DNA of 64,000 nt from Octopus sinensis (GCF_006345805.1 NC_043012.1:8494001-8558000); one strand, 5' to 3'; shown: positions 37,500 through 52,313, numbered from the stretch's first letter. Notes: generated by a model not told the origin, from the sequence alone. Program-made: numbers and translations.

Positions 37500-38770
37500 C
37501 CTTTGTCCTGCTTTTCAAATAAGTCGAACGGTATGCAATGAGCCTAAAAGATTACTTGGAAACACATGGCACGTTGTATAAATCTGCCAAATAACTGTAC
37601 CTCTACAGCATGAAATTATTTGGAGCTTTTATAGCACAACAAAGAATGAATAAAAAAGCAATTTTCATCAATAAATATCATCCACTTAACATGAACTGAT
37701 CTCCATGACAGCACATATTTTTTCTTGTCTATCCCCATCAAAAATATCCGACCTGGTACACTTACACTTGACAGGTGTTTTTTTTTTTATGGGAAATTTT
37801 CTTCCAGTATTCCTTGTATTGATGTCTCTGTACATATTCAATAACAGGAATATTGTATATATTAATTCCAGGACAGTCTTTTTTCTGAATGGCATTGTAT
37901 ATTGTTTTTGCGACAACGTCATGTTGATTAGGGAGGTAGCATCTTGCTGACATTTTTGGACAGCTGCAAATTACACGTATGATGTCTTCTACAGAAATAT
38001 TATAAAATTTACATTTTTGGTTGCATCATGGAACTCCAAGGGGTTCACAGTCTCTTTTGTCAATTGGGTATTTTGTAGCAATCTCATGTTATTGGATTGC
38101 AAACGCACAGCCTTCGAAAGGTGATGTGATATGGCGGTCACAAGTACAAGAAAGGCTGCACTTCATGTCGATATTACTGCTTTCTTCAAGTCTTAGAGAA
38201 ACATATCCATGCATGTTCTCTTTATGATATGCTTAGAGCAATGGTTTTCAACCAGGGTTCCGCGGAACCTTAGGATTCCACCAGTACAGTCCAGGGGTTC
38301 CGCAAGAAGTTACAAAACTGCTAAAATCGGCAGCAATTTTTAATTTTCCTGTGCAGATATTTGTGCATAAGACTATTAAATTATTGCACAGGGGTTCCTC
38401 GAGCCAGTGGAATGTTTCCTTGGGGTTCCGCTCCAGCAAAAAGGTTGAAAAGCACTGGCTTAGAGTTTCACCTTCAGGTCTTCGGTTAGGTTTGTTAGTC
38501 TGGCTGTTTTGAGTTTGTATGGGAGGTAATCAGGAGGAGAGTTCTTCCTGAGGGATCTGCGGCCAACGCGTAGGATATTGTTTTCTTCACTTTTCAGCAC
38601 CAAGTTAACGTATAATACATTCGTACTCACACAGACATATACACATAGTTTACTGTCCCGTTATTGGTAGGATCACCCCAAAAAAAATTCTCCATCTAGT
38701 AAAAAATAGATATCATTTAATGAGCACAATACATATATATATTATATATATATATATAATATATATATAA

Positions 38771-38837
<67 letters not shown>

Positions 38838-39596
38838 TACTCCATATATATATAGCGTTCATATATGTAAGTATACCGTATGTCTGTAGGTATATAATAT
38901 AATATACATATTATATAATCTGTATTTATGTGCTTATCTGTTATTTTCAACTGAAGAAGGCAGAGCTTCTCTGAAGCAAAATCAGAAACCCAGGATCTTG
39001 AATTATCATCAGTAAAATCGTTTTTGCTTGTTTATTTTGTCTCTCTGTTTTCTGCTGTTGTTTAGCAAATGCTGTCTGAGAGAGATTATACAACATTCGA
39101 AGGCTGTCTGTACTAATCTCAAGCCTCTACCTCCTTCGTCTATTCTTAGGTCGAATCTGTCAATATTACTATTGTATCTATTACAGTATCTTTCATATTG
39201 TGGGATATTGTCTTGTTGCATGAAGAGAGTTCCGACTGCATATTTGTCTAAGTCAGACATAATATTCTCGGGTCGCTCTATCTTTATTCACAGTCCTTCG
39301 TATATATATGATGTGTTTTCATTATTGTCCTAGGTACTTGTAGCATTCTTTGTGCGGGGAAGGTGAGATAGTGATACTGTTGATGTACAGATTTTGGGTC
39401 AGGGGGAACTGATTTTCCCCGTCCAACAATTAAGTATGAAAATTCCTTTTGGCCAAATTCCATTCCTATGTCAGCTGAGAATGTCATGGCCGCAGTCAAA
39501 CGCACTGAAACACGTGACAGAGTAAGAGAATAATTCCAGCTGTTTTCCGCATTCTCAGCATTTTTTGCATAAAACTTGAGGTCATCTACAAAGAAA
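37500..39596 (-). mobile_element. Fragmented RLE-type LINE fossil (RT and RLE parts) interrupted by a hAT MITE and other repeats
   Basis: RT motif FFVDDLKFYAK..FSADIGMEFG at about 39400-39596; MSARCYLPNQHDVVAKTIYNAI..KEYW at about 37760-37950. Confidence 0.75.
38239..38457. mobile_element. hAT-type MITE
   Basis: TIRs CAATGGTTTTCAACC / GGTTGAAAAGCACTG and 8-bp TSD GCTTAGAG (38231-38238 / 38458-38465). Confidence 0.9.
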
Positions 39597-40458
39597 TGTA
39601 TGTATGTATGTATGTATGTATGTATGTATGTATGTATGTATGTATGTATGTATGTATGTATATATGTATATATGTGTGTATATGACTTTCGGTAAAAGTC
39701 TGTGAAGTCATGAGCGAGTGTGTAACATTCTCTTTCATCTGCTCGACAGAGCTGAACAAACACACACTTGCACGCACACGGCGTCATGTACTAATACCGA
39801 AACATTGCCTACACACATACCCAAACAGACAGACAGACACACACATACATACACACACGCATATATACATTCGTACTCACACAGACATATACACATAGTT
39901 TACTGTTCCGTTATTGGTAGGATCACCCAAAAAAATACTCCATCTAGTAAAAGATAAATATCATTTAATGAGCAACAATATATTATATATATTATATATA
40001 TATATTATATATATATAGCGTTCGTATATGTAAGTATAACGTATGTTCTGTTATTATTATATATTGTATTTATGTGCTTATCTTGGTATATTCAACCGAA
40101 GAAGGCAGAGCTTCTCTGAAGCAAAGTCAGAAACCCAGGATCTTGAATTATCCAGTAAAATCTTTTTTGCTTGTTTATTTTGTCTCTCTGTCTTCTCTCC
40201 TGGCGTGATATGAACATTTAAGGTGGTTTTAGGGTCAGGGTTTTGACTGCTATTTCAGCATGGTGGTATCTCTCAGATACCCTAATTTATAGTTTTAAAT
40301 AATTATTACTTTTTTATGGTATTTATTCCCATGATGGCCACTTGATAATATCGATATTTAAATAGCGATATTATCCTTATATATATATATATATATATAA
40401 TAAGATATATATATATATTTATATATATGTTGATATGCGAGGTCAATTGAAGAAAAGG

Positions 40459-41424
40459 TGTTATGACCCAGTTTCTGCTGGTTGGTGCCGGATGGACTGG
40501 CGAAAGAAGTTATGGAGCTTTGTCTTGTCACCGTTAAGGGAAATTATTGAGGATGGAAAGTACCTCTGTTCCTTATCCGGTCAAGCAAAGTTGAGAAAAA
40601 AAATCTACCACCCTTTAAAATGCGGCGAGCTGGGGGTTTGTTAGTCAGTTGGCTAGAGGTGCAGTTGGTGTGAGGGTCGATCAGAGTTAGTCAGTTGGCC
40701 AGAGACAGTTAGCCAGACCGTGAGCGGAGGGGATAAGGGAGTGAGATGGAGATGACGGCGAGACGGCATGGATATTTGTAGTAGGAGCTGAAATTGTTGC
40801 AGACTTGGAACCTGCGGTAATGTTTGTTTATGCTTTTGTTGTTGAATTTTGGATGGTGATGTGCGTTAAAAGAAAAGAGAAAAGAACTTGTGAACTGTGT
40901 TAAAAAAAGGAAAAAGAACATTGTGTCAAAAAGAACTGAAAAAAGAGAAGGAAAAAGAGGGGAAAAGAACATTGTGACATAAACTTTAATCTATTGAAAT
41001 GTAAAAAGAATTGTTGAAGAGAAGAGAAAGACTTTAATTTGGACTGTTTTCGAACTCTGTATTGCGTTGAACATTTAATGTGGATTGTTTTCGGACGTCG
41101 TGTATTGTGCATGCATTGATTGATTGTTTTTCTTTTAACTCTGTACGATTTGTTAAATGTTTCTCTTTAATGTATCTGCAATGTATTACGTTTTGATTGA
41201 TGTTGTAACAATTGTATAAACTGTTGTTAAATGTAAGCAACTGCCTTCCGCTGTCTCTCTCTCTTGTTGTTGCTGTTGTTGTTGTTGTTGTTATCTCCGG
41301 TCACCGGTCTATGTTCGCTACCAAATCTACCGCTTTCTGTGGTGGATTTCCATTTGACTGAGCGTGGTCGTCGTCGTCGCTCGACTTAGAGTCCCGAGTT
41401 CGAGTTGAGCGACGGCAGGTTCGT

Positions 41425-41428
<4 letters not shown>
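40459..41428. mobile_element. Candidate solo LTR of a second family
   Basis: Ends TGTTATGACC / GGTTCGTAACA are imperfect inverted termini and TAGTCAGTT motifs repeat internally. No clear TSD. Confidence 0.35.
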
Positions 41429-41993
<565 letters not shown>

Positions 41994-42007
41994 ATATATA
42001 TATAATG

Positions 42008-42091
<84 letters not shown>

Positions 42092-42322
42092 TATATGATG
42101 TTAAATGTTTCGTATCCATAATGCGCTTAGCTTTATAGACGATTGGACAGGCTCCAATTGTCGTGGGCATCGGAGTCTATAAAGCTATGGAGCGTTTTAT
42201 GGATGCGAAACCATTGGTCACTCTGTGACTAGACATATTCAACTTCCTATAAATACAGCTTTTCAAGGTTACATATAATACATCTCTGCCCTGATTTTTA
42301 GGGTGTACTTCTTTTTGGGATA

Positions 42323-42610
42323 TGTAACGGTCGATATTTGGTTGTAACGGGAGAAATTGATTAGTAAACATTATTGTGATGATGTTGGAGTCAGCAGTTG
42401 TGGCGATAAAAAGTTGTTATAACTGGCTCCATGTTGTAAGATGTGTAAGAACAAAGTGCATAATGTTTTATGAAAGTATTTACTTACCGTTACGTTACAA
42501 TACCTTACCTCGACGTGCAGGTTGATAAATCCAAAAGCCTGCGAAAGTTAAGTTTGCTGTTATAGAATGTTTTCTTTACATAGTTTTACGTATACGTATA
42601 GTTAGTAGTA

Positions 42611-42687
<77 letters not shown>

Positions 42688-43109
42688 TGTTATAAGATAA
42701 CAGAATTAGAGCTAGAGGGAATTATAGGGCGTCGTCTCACAGTTGCTTTCTCCCTCTGACCAAGGTTGGTCAGCCAGACCTCGTTGAGTCGTCACCGGTT
42801 GGTGACTAAACTGATTTTTGCTTGGGATGTGCTTGCTTATATTAAGATCCAGAAGGATAGATATATCTTTGAGAACAATAGATTTAGTAGGTGGTCTTGT
42901 TATCTATTCTAGCTTTGGTGAAGTAGAAGAGGTTAGAAAGGGTCAAGTGCTGAAGACATTATTTCGGCCTAGCTAATGGCATCTGGGAAATGTAAAACTG
43001 CTGTCAGAGAAAAACCATTGTTCCATCGTGGGAAAAGTTCTGTAGCAGTGTTGATTTAAATTTGGCTATGGTGGATCGAATCTGCTTCATGCATGCAAGA
43101 TTCGCTACA
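42323..43109 (-). mobile_element. Solo LTR, same family as 2272-3036
   Basis: Reverse-complement similarity over about 750 bp, TG...CA termini, 4-bp TSD GATA (42319-42322 / 43110-43113), internal (GA)n expansion. Confidence 0.8.
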
Positions 43110-43155
43110 GATATATGATCCACTGGCGATATACATACATACGTACATACACACG

Positions 43156-43191
<36 letters not shown>

Positions 43192-43220
43192 CATACATAC
43201 ATATACATACATACATGCAC

Positions 43221-43264
<44 letters not shown>

Positions 43265-43266
<2 letters not shown>

Positions 43267-43490
43267 TTCCTTATTTGTGTATTAAGGGTGCCATTGGTTT
43301 CGTCTTAAAAAAAAATATTTGAATATCTTAATTTTTCAAGCCGATCACATTGAAGAATAGTGTTCGTATCCCTTTTGGATGAATGGAAATGAACACCATT
43401 CCTCTATGCGATCGACTTGAACAATTTAAGATATTCAGATATTTTTCTTAACAGGAAACCAATGGTAGCCTTAATACACAAATAAGAAAT
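43265..43490. mobile_element. Foldback/palindromic MITE
   Basis: Imperfect inverted arms of about 100 bp (TTATTTGTGTATTAAGG..CCATTGGTTTC.. / GAAACCAATGG..CCTTAATACACAAATAA) around a short spacer. Confidence 0.75.
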
Positions 43491-43546
43491 TCTGTCCTCC
43501 AATGAGGTGTCGAGCACTCATTCTCATTGCTCGACATTTACGTATC

Positions 43547-43587
<41 letters not shown>

Positions 43588-44146
43588 GCGCACGCACGCA
43601 CGCACACACACACACACACCACACACACACACACGCACACACACGCACACATGCCTGTATGTATGATTGTAATATCTACCGATATTACCTCACCCAATGC
43701 TCTTACAAAGTCCTTAAATAAATAACGCAAGTCTGCATGATTTCCTATGTTTAAATGTCTACATAACCTTTTAAAGCAATCTTTTTACGTTGATTTCATA
43801 TCTGTTATTAGTTTTTCTCCATCACGTCCAGTTTTTCTGTAGTAAAGCTTTGATTCTTTTTCGTATTATGGTATCAGAGAATCAAATGACAGTGATTATC
43901 TGATTTATTTTGCTCAACAAAATAGATTGCTATAAACCAATGCTGACCTAATATTTGTAAAGGTAAAATAACAGCCAATATAAAGCTTATTAAAAAGTCG
44001 TTGGCAACCCTGACATGCGATGTAACCTTGAAAAGCTGTGTACACGATTGCTAACTGATGTCTTAGTGTTGTTTTAGTGGATCCAGAGGTCAGTCGTTGG
44101 TGATGCTTACGTATAAACTCCAGTTAAAATGAGTCTATACAGATGT

Positions 44147-44407
44147 GGAAGCACTTCGTCGGTTACGACGACGAGGGTTCCGGTTGATCCGAATCAACGG
44201 AACTGCCTGCTCGTGTAATTAACGTGCAAGTGGCTGAGCACTCCACAGACACGTGTACCCTTAACGTAGTTCTCGGGGATATTCAGCGTGACACAGAGAG
44301 TGACAAGGCCGGCCCTTTGAAATACAGGTACAACAGAAACAGGAAGTAAGAGTGAGAGAAAGTCGTGGTGAAAGAGTACAACAGGGATCACCACCATCCC
44401 CTGCCGG
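44147..44407 (-). mobile_element. SINE family C, 5'-truncated
   Basis: 12-bp TSD CTATACAGATGT around a headless copy, the signature of target-primed reverse transcription. Confidence 0.9.
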
Positions 44408-44728
44408 CTATACAGATGTAAGTGCTTGAACGATGCAGGAATATTCTGCTACATTTATGGCAGATATGTTGTCACTGAGCAGAGGCAAGATATAACTGGT
44501 CTTTTAAAAATTTATACTTCGCTTATTTTGGTGTTAAACTCGGTGGTGAAGACAAACCTCGGGCTCTACACAAAGTCTGTCGCACTTGTGTGGAGGGGCT
44601 GAGACTCTGGAAAGCCGGTAAGAAAACAGAAATGCTCTTTGGAATACCAATGGTGTGGCAGGAACCGAGTAACCACGTTGGCGATTGTTGTTTCAGCATT
44701 ACTAAATTTGATGGGTACAGTGCAAAAA

Positions 44729-45122
44729 GGCAGTGTGGTAAGTAGCTTGCTTACCAACCACATGGTTCCGGGTTCATTCCCACTGCCTGGCACCTTGCGA
44801 AGTGTCTTCTACTATAGCTTCGGGCCGACCAAAGCCTTGTGAGTGGATTTTGTAGACGGAAACTGAAAGAAGCCCGTCGTATATATGTATATGCATATGT
44901 ATGTGTATATATATATGTTTGTGTGTCTGTGTTTGTCCCCCCAACATCGCTTGACAACTGATGCTGGTGTGTTTACGTCCCCGTAACTTAACGATTCTGC
45001 AAAAGACACCAATAGAATAAGTACTAGGCTTACAAAGAATAAGTCCTGGGGTCGATCTGCTCGACTAAAGGCGGTGCTCCAGTATGGCCGCAGTCAAATG
45101 ACTGAAACAAATAAAAGAATAA
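44729..45122 (+). mobile_element. SINE family A
   Basis: Slightly 5'-truncated copy. Confidence 0.88.
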
Positions 45123-45249
45123 GATAGAGCATCAAAGTATTTGTAAGTCACCACAGTTCTGCATTCTGAAGAAATAATGGTGAATTATACAGCCATGGAC
45201 TGTGTCACCGCTTATGTAGTTAGATAGACTGTGTGCTCACGGTATCACG

Positions 45250-45531
45250 GTTTTGACCAGACTATCGGATGTTATTATGCATCGCTGGTCACAATGTGCT
45301 TCCTATCGTTTTAGCTTTTGAACAATACCACCCTGTTGGCCAGGCAAGCAGGCCAACGCTTCCCCTGATCGGGAAGCCTGTCCGTTGCAAGGCTACTCTT
45401 TCCAGCTGAGTGGACTGGAGCAACGTGAAACGAAGCGTTATGCTCAAGAACACAGCACGCCGCCCGATATGGGGAATCGATCCCACGAATCGATCACTCA
45501 AACATGAGTGCAACGAGCTAACCACTAAGCT
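45250..45531 (-). mobile_element. SINE family E
   Basis: tRNA-like head (GCTTAGTGGTTAG..GATCGATTCCCC) and TGTTCTTGAGCA..GCTCCAGTCCACTCAGCTG core. Confidence 0.7.
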
Positions 45532-45534
45532 TCC

Positions 45535-45690
45535 TCGGACATTTTTGACCTGCGCCTGCCATCCATCTCGGTCCTGCATTAGTTGAGGGGGGGGGGTCTT
45601 CGGGGAGGCATCTAGTCTTTTCTAATGAGTTGATCAACATAGGTTGTGTTCGCACGACCTGCTCGAGTTCTTTCTATTGGCGTTGTTTCA
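45535..45690 (-). mobile_element. RTE-like LINE 3' fragment
   Basis: RAGRANTTYVDQLIRKD and MQDRDGW in broken frames. Confidence 0.6.
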
Positions 45691-45701
45691 TAAATGAGAC
45701 A

Positions 45702-46096
45702 GGAAGGAAAGGAAGCACTCCGTCGGTTACGACGACGAGGTTTCCGGTTGATCCGATCAACGGAACAGCCTGCTCGTAAAATTAACGTGTAAGTGGCTGA
45801 GCACTCCACAGACACGTGTACCCTTAACGTAGTTCTCGGGGATATTCAGCGTGACACAGAGAGTGACAAGGCCGGCCCCTTGAAATACAGGTACAACAGA
45901 AACAGGAAGTAAGAATGAGAGAAAGTTGTGGTGAAAGAGTACAGCAGGGATCACAACCATCCCTGCCGGAGCCTCATGGAACTTTTTAGGTGTTTTCGCT
46001 CAATAAACACTCGCAACGCCCGGTCTGGGAATCGAAACCGCGATCCTACGACCGCGAGTCCGCTGCCCTAACCACTGGGCCATTGCGCCTCCACCT
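45702..46096 (-). mobile_element. SINE family C
   Basis: 11-bp TSD TAAATGAGACA and a (TTCC)-type tail. A partial relative lies at about 7703-7870. Confidence 0.92.
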
Positions 46097-46520
46097 TAAA
46101 TGAGACAATGCCGACACTAAATAGAAAATGTACAAAGGAAATTTTTAAAACCCCACAAGACCACTGCCTCTACCCACGCAACGCATACACAATTGTGAGG
46201 ATGCGTGAGCGTCCGCCTGGGTGAAAGGGCAAGCGTAGGTACGGGTGGGTATACGTAGACAAGTATTAAAAAGACAGCAGGAGACACAGAAGTCCATAAC
46301 AATAAATACACGCAATCATAAACAATCCCAGCATACAACCACTCGCATCCACGCACACGCATGCCCATACACATACACAAACACACATACACATATACAC
46401 ACACACAGCACAAGCACGCGCACCCACATGCTCACACACACACACACATACAGGCATACGCAGGAACATACACACGCAACATACACAGACGCTTACCTTT
46501 TCAAAAAACAACCTGATACA

Positions 46521-46564
<44 letters not shown>

Positions 46565-47886
46565 GTGCACGCACGCAAGCTTACACCAGAACGTGCACAC
46601 ATAAGTAAACACTCACATATATAGATATGTACACACACACACATACATACATACACACACACACACCTACATACATACATACATACATACCACACACAAC
46701 ATACATACATACACATACATACATACATATACATACATACATACACACACACAACATACATACATACATACATACATTACATACATACATAAGACATGCA
46801 TAGCTACATACCATACATACATACACACACTACATACATACATACATACATACATACATACATACATACATTCACACATACATACATACATACATACATA
46901 CATTCATACATACATACATGCATGCATACATACCATACATACATACACACACCACATACATACATACATACATACATACATACATACATACATACATTCA
47001 CACATACATACATACATACATACATACATACATACATACATACACACATACATACATACATACATACATACATACATACACATACATACATACTTACATA
47101 CATACACATACATACATACTTACATACATACATACATACAAACATACATACATATGTAGAAGACTGGTCCTCGGACGGACTCAAATCAGACCTTGAAAAG
47201 TGAGGGTATGTCATTAATGAGATCGTAATTAGCAACGAAAGAACTCTGACAGAGAAAACTAAACTAGTGATTGATTATTCAATCAACACATTAAACAAAC
47301 CATTGAATAGTTAATTGGTAAAATAAAGAAGTGGTATTGAACCAGTGCGTGTGTTGGCAAAATGACCCTCCCTAGACACAACAAAGTTTGTTTCAACACC
47401 AAGAATTCGCATATAAATCTTGCAAATCAAAAACAAAAAACACAATTGATCTTTTTTCAAAATGTTAATGTGTTGTAAACGCTGGTTATTCTTCATTAAT
47501 CCATAATTACTGTTTGCTAATTAAATATTGTTTTTTAATTCATTTTATAGCCTTCTTTTGCTTTTTCTTCTTCCTTTTCTTATATACCATCTAGTTTTTA
47601 AAATTAACCAATCAAAACGATTGTATATAGTGACGTCAACAATATACTACAAAGTTTCAGGTTTTCAAATATATTCATATATTAAACAATAGGATTCTGT
47701 TGAAGGTTTCAAAATGTGTATGTATCTTTGTATATTCCTCTATCTTTTTGCCTTAAGTGGCCGTATCGAGAAACTCTCCATGACATCACGCTACGAATCT
47801 CTGTTCCACTCTTTTGTATGTGTATGTGTGCGCTTGCGCGACTGTATAGAGCATGGTCGCAGTCTAATGGCTGAAACAAGTAAAAG

Positions 47887-47931
<45 letters not shown>

Positions 47932-47937
47932 ATGTGA

Positions 47938-48236
47938 CTGTGACCGACCAGGCTATCAGATGTTGCTACACATCGCTGGTCACAATGCGCTTTGCATTAT
48001 TTTAGGCTTCAAATGACGCCACCCCGCTGGCTAAGCGAGCAGGCCAGCAGAAGAAAGAGTGAGAGAAAACTGTGGCGAAAGAGTACAGCAGGGATCGGCC
48101 ACACCCCTTGCCGGAGTCTCGTGGAGCATTTGGTGTTTTCGCTCAATAAACAGTCACAACGCTCGGTCCAGGAATCAAAACTGCGATCCTACGACCGCGA
48201 GTCCGCTGCCCAAACCACTGGGCCATTGTGCCTCCA
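47938..48236 (-). mobile_element. Chimeric SINE: C-type head with family E tail
   Basis: Head matches family C; the tail (CATCGCTGGTCACAATG..) matches 45250-45350. Confidence 0.7.
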
Positions 48237-48284
48237 CACACACACATATATTTCAGGCCTTGTGCCTAGAGTAGAAAAGATTGT

Positions 48285-48680
48285 TCTTTTACTTGTTTCT
48301 ATATTTGACTGCTGCCATGCTGGAGCACCGAATTTGTCGACTCCAGGACTTATTCATTGTAAGTCTAGTACTTATTATATCGGATTCTTTTTCCCGAACT
48401 TCTAAGTTACGTGGACATAAACACACCAACATCGGTTCCCAAGCGATGGTGGTGATGTTGTGGGGGGGGGGACAAACAGACACACAAACATATACATATA
48501 TAAATATATATACATACGATGGGCTTCTTTCAGTTTCCGCCTACCAAATCCACTCACAAGGCTTTGGTCGGCCCGAGGCTATAGTAGAAGACACTTGCCC
48601 AAGGTGCGACGCAGTGGGACTGAACCTGGAACCATGTGGTTGGGAAGCAAACTTCTTACCACACTGTCACGCCTGTGCCT
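48285..48680 (-). mobile_element. SINE family A
   Basis: Similar to the family over its full length. Confidence 0.85.
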
Positions 48681-49054
48681 ATTATATATCTTTATGTAAC
48701 TTTATAATGCCATATTTCTTTATACTATATATATTATATGAATATAAATTAGAAACAGCGCAAGCGTTGAAAACATTATCGAACACACATACACAATGTA
48801 CTTTCCTAGTTCGCCGGTCGGCTGCGATTTGATGCAGTGGAGATGAATCTCTCAAAGCGCCAAGTTTTAAATCACCTGAAAGTCGTGTGTATGCGTGTTC
48901 GATAATATGTCTTTTTTGTGTGTATATCTTTGTATATCCTCATTTTTACCAGTCTCCTTTTGGTATATATATACACTAGAAATCACACATTTAGTATATA
49001 TACACTAGAAATCACATACTAACGAGATTTTTCAATCTCAACACCTCTTACTTC

Positions 49055-49341
49055 GTGGAGGCACATGACCTAGTGGTTAAAGCAGCGGACTCGCAGTCGA
49101 GGGATCGCGGGTTCGAATCTCAGATCGGACGATGTGTGTGTTTATGAGCGAAACACCTAAGCTCCACGCGGCTCCGGCAGAAGGTAATGGCGAAACTTTT
49201 GCTGACTCTTTCGCCACAACTTTCTCTCACTCTGTCCTCCTGCATTTTGCAGCTCACCTGTTTCCCGTCCAGGTGGGGAACGTATTCGCCAAGGAAACCG
49301 GCCCTTATGAGCCAGGCGTGGCTCGAGAAGGAATAAACAAA
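49055..49341 (+). mobile_element. SINE family D
   Basis: Full-length similarity with a small internal deletion. Confidence 0.85.
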
Positions 49342-49411
49342 CCTCTTCTTTCACTCTCCAGCTCTCAACTCACTCCCCCTACATCTCCATCTCTCCCTTT
49401 CTCCAACTCTC

Positions 49412-49444
<33 letters not shown>

Positions 49445-49718
49445 ATTTCTTTTTCCCTCACGCACTTCTTCTCATACGTACATCTCTCCCCACCACGTAA
49501 CCCTCTCGCCCCACGCAGGTCTTTCCCCACATCTACCTCTCTCCATCTCTCTCCTCGCAACTCGTCCCAGCTCTCTCACATCCCTTTCCCTTTACCCATC
49601 TCTGTCCATCTGTCTGTCTCCATACATAATCTCACTTTCTACATCTCACTACACACGTCTTTCTTTCTTCACATCACACCCCTCTCCTTACGCACATGAT
49701 CATCTCCCTCTTATTTTA

Positions 49719-50120
49719 TTATTGCCCACAAGGGGGCATACATAGAGGGGACAAACAAGGACAGACAAAGGGATTAAGTCGATTACATCGACGCCAGTGC
49801 ATAACTGGTACTTAATTTATCGACCCCGAAAGGATGAAAGGCAAAGTGGACCTCGGCGGAATTTGAACTCAGAACGTAGCGGCAGACGAAATACCTGTTT
49901 CTTTATTACCCACAAGGGGCTAAACACAGAGAGGACAAACAAGGACAGACACAGGGATTAAGTCGATTATATTGATCCCAGTGCGTAACTGGTACTTTTT
50001 TAACCGACCCCGAAAGGATAAAAGGCAAAGTCGACCTCGGAGGAATTTGAACTCAGAACGTAGCGGCAGACGAAATACCACTAAGCATTTCGCCCGGCGT
50101 GCTAACGTTTCTACCAGCTC
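49719..50120 (-). mobile_element. SINE family B, two units
   Basis: Head plus two 184-bp-type units. Confidence 0.88.
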
Positions 50121-50577
50121 CCTCTTACCCCGCCTCTCTCTCTTCATCTCTCTCTCTCTCTCTCTTACAATATATTCATTTCTCCCTCTATCCCCGAATC
50201 AAGCGAGTCACTGATTCCCATCTAAGCGCTCAGTGTAACATTATATATTCACACGTGTTCTCGTAATCTTCTCCAAACCTACCAAATGATTTAAACTCAC
50301 TTGTAGTGTCTACAACCACGGTAGACTACACTTCTTTGTAGTTTATATTCGTCTAACATATTTACAGTTCCATGGATTTAGCTCAGATCTCGAAGGCGTC
50401 ACATATACAACCACTAAGATGATATACCAATAAAAACAAATCAGCTGACATCTATTCTGGTAGATCGCTTTCTTTCCAAATGAAAGGTTTTTCGGTGATG
50501 TTTTTGTCTGGCAAATGATTTGATCTGAAACTAAAACAGTTATAATGTAGAATACACAAATTAGCCATTCAAAATCT

Positions 50578-51016
50578 GCGGATCTTTTCGGTTTGAACGG
50601 CATTTTTTTCTAGCGGTGTCATATGAAATTGTCACCCATAATTATGACCCTAGTATCGATCTATTGCATTTCAATCTGTTTTAGGGTTAGGGTTGGTTAG
50701 GGTTAGTGTTAGGGGTGGGGGAAGGGTATATTTTTTTATTCACAAATGTAAATAAACCCAATCTGTTTCTTAAACGAGGGACATATTCATATGGCACAGA
50801 ATGTTTTTTTTACCTCATATTGACGTCATCGATTGGTTGAAATTGCAGAAATTGAAGAAAAAAACAACAACAAATATCTTACAAACAATAGAATTTTCTC
50901 AAAAAAGCCAAGAGAAAAAGATGTTTTATAAACACATTCTACCAGTATACGAAGTTTAAAATTTTTTTAGTTACCTAGAAATTATGTTAAAAACTGCCGT
51001 TCAAACCGAAAAGATC
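50578..51016. mobile_element. MITE family J, second full copy
   Basis: Same TIRs and body; AAAATCT repeated on both flanks. A partial third copy lies at about 58940-59113. Confidence 0.88.
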
Positions 51017-51219
51017 AAAATCTTCTAACTTCACTTGAAGTATTTAATATTTCGTGTCAAAATTTTCTAACTGCAACCTGGTCACTGATACACTTCCACT
51101 GCATTGTAAAACTTTTGACACCAAATAATAAATGTTTAAGTGAAGTTAGTAGTGTTTTGGTGTTTTTGAACGCTAATACGTGTTTTCCATGCTGTAATTG
51201 TTAAAACGTTTTCGTGTAG

Positions 51220-51393
51220 AATCATATTTAACACGATCGAGTGTACTCAAACGTGAGAAGGCCTTTCGCTGCGGTGCTAGATTCAGGGCAAAAAGAAATC
51301 TCCTCTTTGAAATGTGTAAAGATATAAGATGGGATGTCTTTACATATGTCTTACTGGAGAAAAATTTCCCCGGGACTAGCTCCATAGCGAAAG
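51220..51393 (+). CDS. Possible upstream exon of the macro-domain gene
   Basis: Acceptor ttttcgtgtag; open 174-nt phase 1-1 segment (SYLTRSSVLKREKAFRCG...) of unique sequence. The donor AAAG/gtcttt is weak. Confidence 0.3.
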
Positions 51394-51526
51394 GTCTTTT
51401 AAATTCGACTGCACTTGAACATGTTGAATATGACACGAATGTTCCATTCAATTCTGCTTTGGTGCGACATCATTTTATTTTTAAAAAGTTTTGTTTTTCT
51501 ATTAATTTTTCTCTTTTGTTTTGTAG

Positions 51527-51925
51527 CTCTAGTTGATGAATTTGCTTTTAATGGTATTATTATTCGTTTGATGGATGGAAAGGTAGAAAGTGGCAAAGGC
51601 GACGCGCTTCTGTTGCCAGCAAATCAAATTATTTCGAAACTAGAGGGCGTTACTGCAAGGATAGTTTATCTAGCACGAGATGCAATTGTGCCACAGCTTG
51701 AAAAGTATTATAACATAGAACTGGACATTGGTACTACGCTGATCACATGTGCTGGTTCCTTGAAATTTAAGTACGTAATTCTTCTAGTTCTTCCCCACTA
51801 TCGATTAGACAGGAATAACGATTATTGGAATTCGTTGATGAAACTTTCATTTTCCATCAGAAAGGCCGTCAATTCGGCCCAAAATGTACAAGCATCTGAG
51901 GTTGCAACACCAATTTTGGGCATAG
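51527..51925 (+). CDS. Internal exon of a macro-domain protein gene (most of macro domain 1)
   Basis: Acceptor ttttgtag and donor ATAG/gtaagt; 399 nt, phase 1-1. Translation IIRLMDGKVESGKGDALLLPAN..EGV..DIGTTLITCAGSLKFKYVILLVLPHY..EVATPILG follows the macro-fold pattern (GDI..DAIVNAAN..GGV..G.AV.T.AG.L..KYVIH.V.P..IAFP.I.TG). Confidence 0.85.
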
Positions 51926-52313
51926 GTAAGTTTTTAAATATTATTACAATATTTTCTTCACGTGTAGTTAGTTATAATAATATCCTCTCTACATTCACTT
52001 CCTTTGTTCTCCCGATCTATTTACTGCTTTCGAATATCTACCATTTCGAATCCTCTTCGGGTCTTTTCCGACAGTTGTTTTACGTTAGTCGTTGTATGTC
52101 TATCTCTTTCTGTCACCTACATCTGATACAGGCCCTTAAAGTTGTGCGACCCTCATCCTTTTGTGTATGGTTCATAACAAGACGAATTGTGACGGATAGA
52201 TAAAACGTGTAGGAAGTTACTTTTGCCTTCTGTCAATTCATCTTTTGGTGCATATCATGAAGTTTTCACTAACCTGTTACCATTACTAATTACCACACCC
52301 TATATATATATAT

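Noticed and set aside
51926-52203. ORF-track extensions of the macro exons (to 52203 and to 56365) and their upstream in-frame starts
   Set aside because: Strong GT donors at 51926 and 56271 and loss of macro similarity beyond them indicate read-through into introns.
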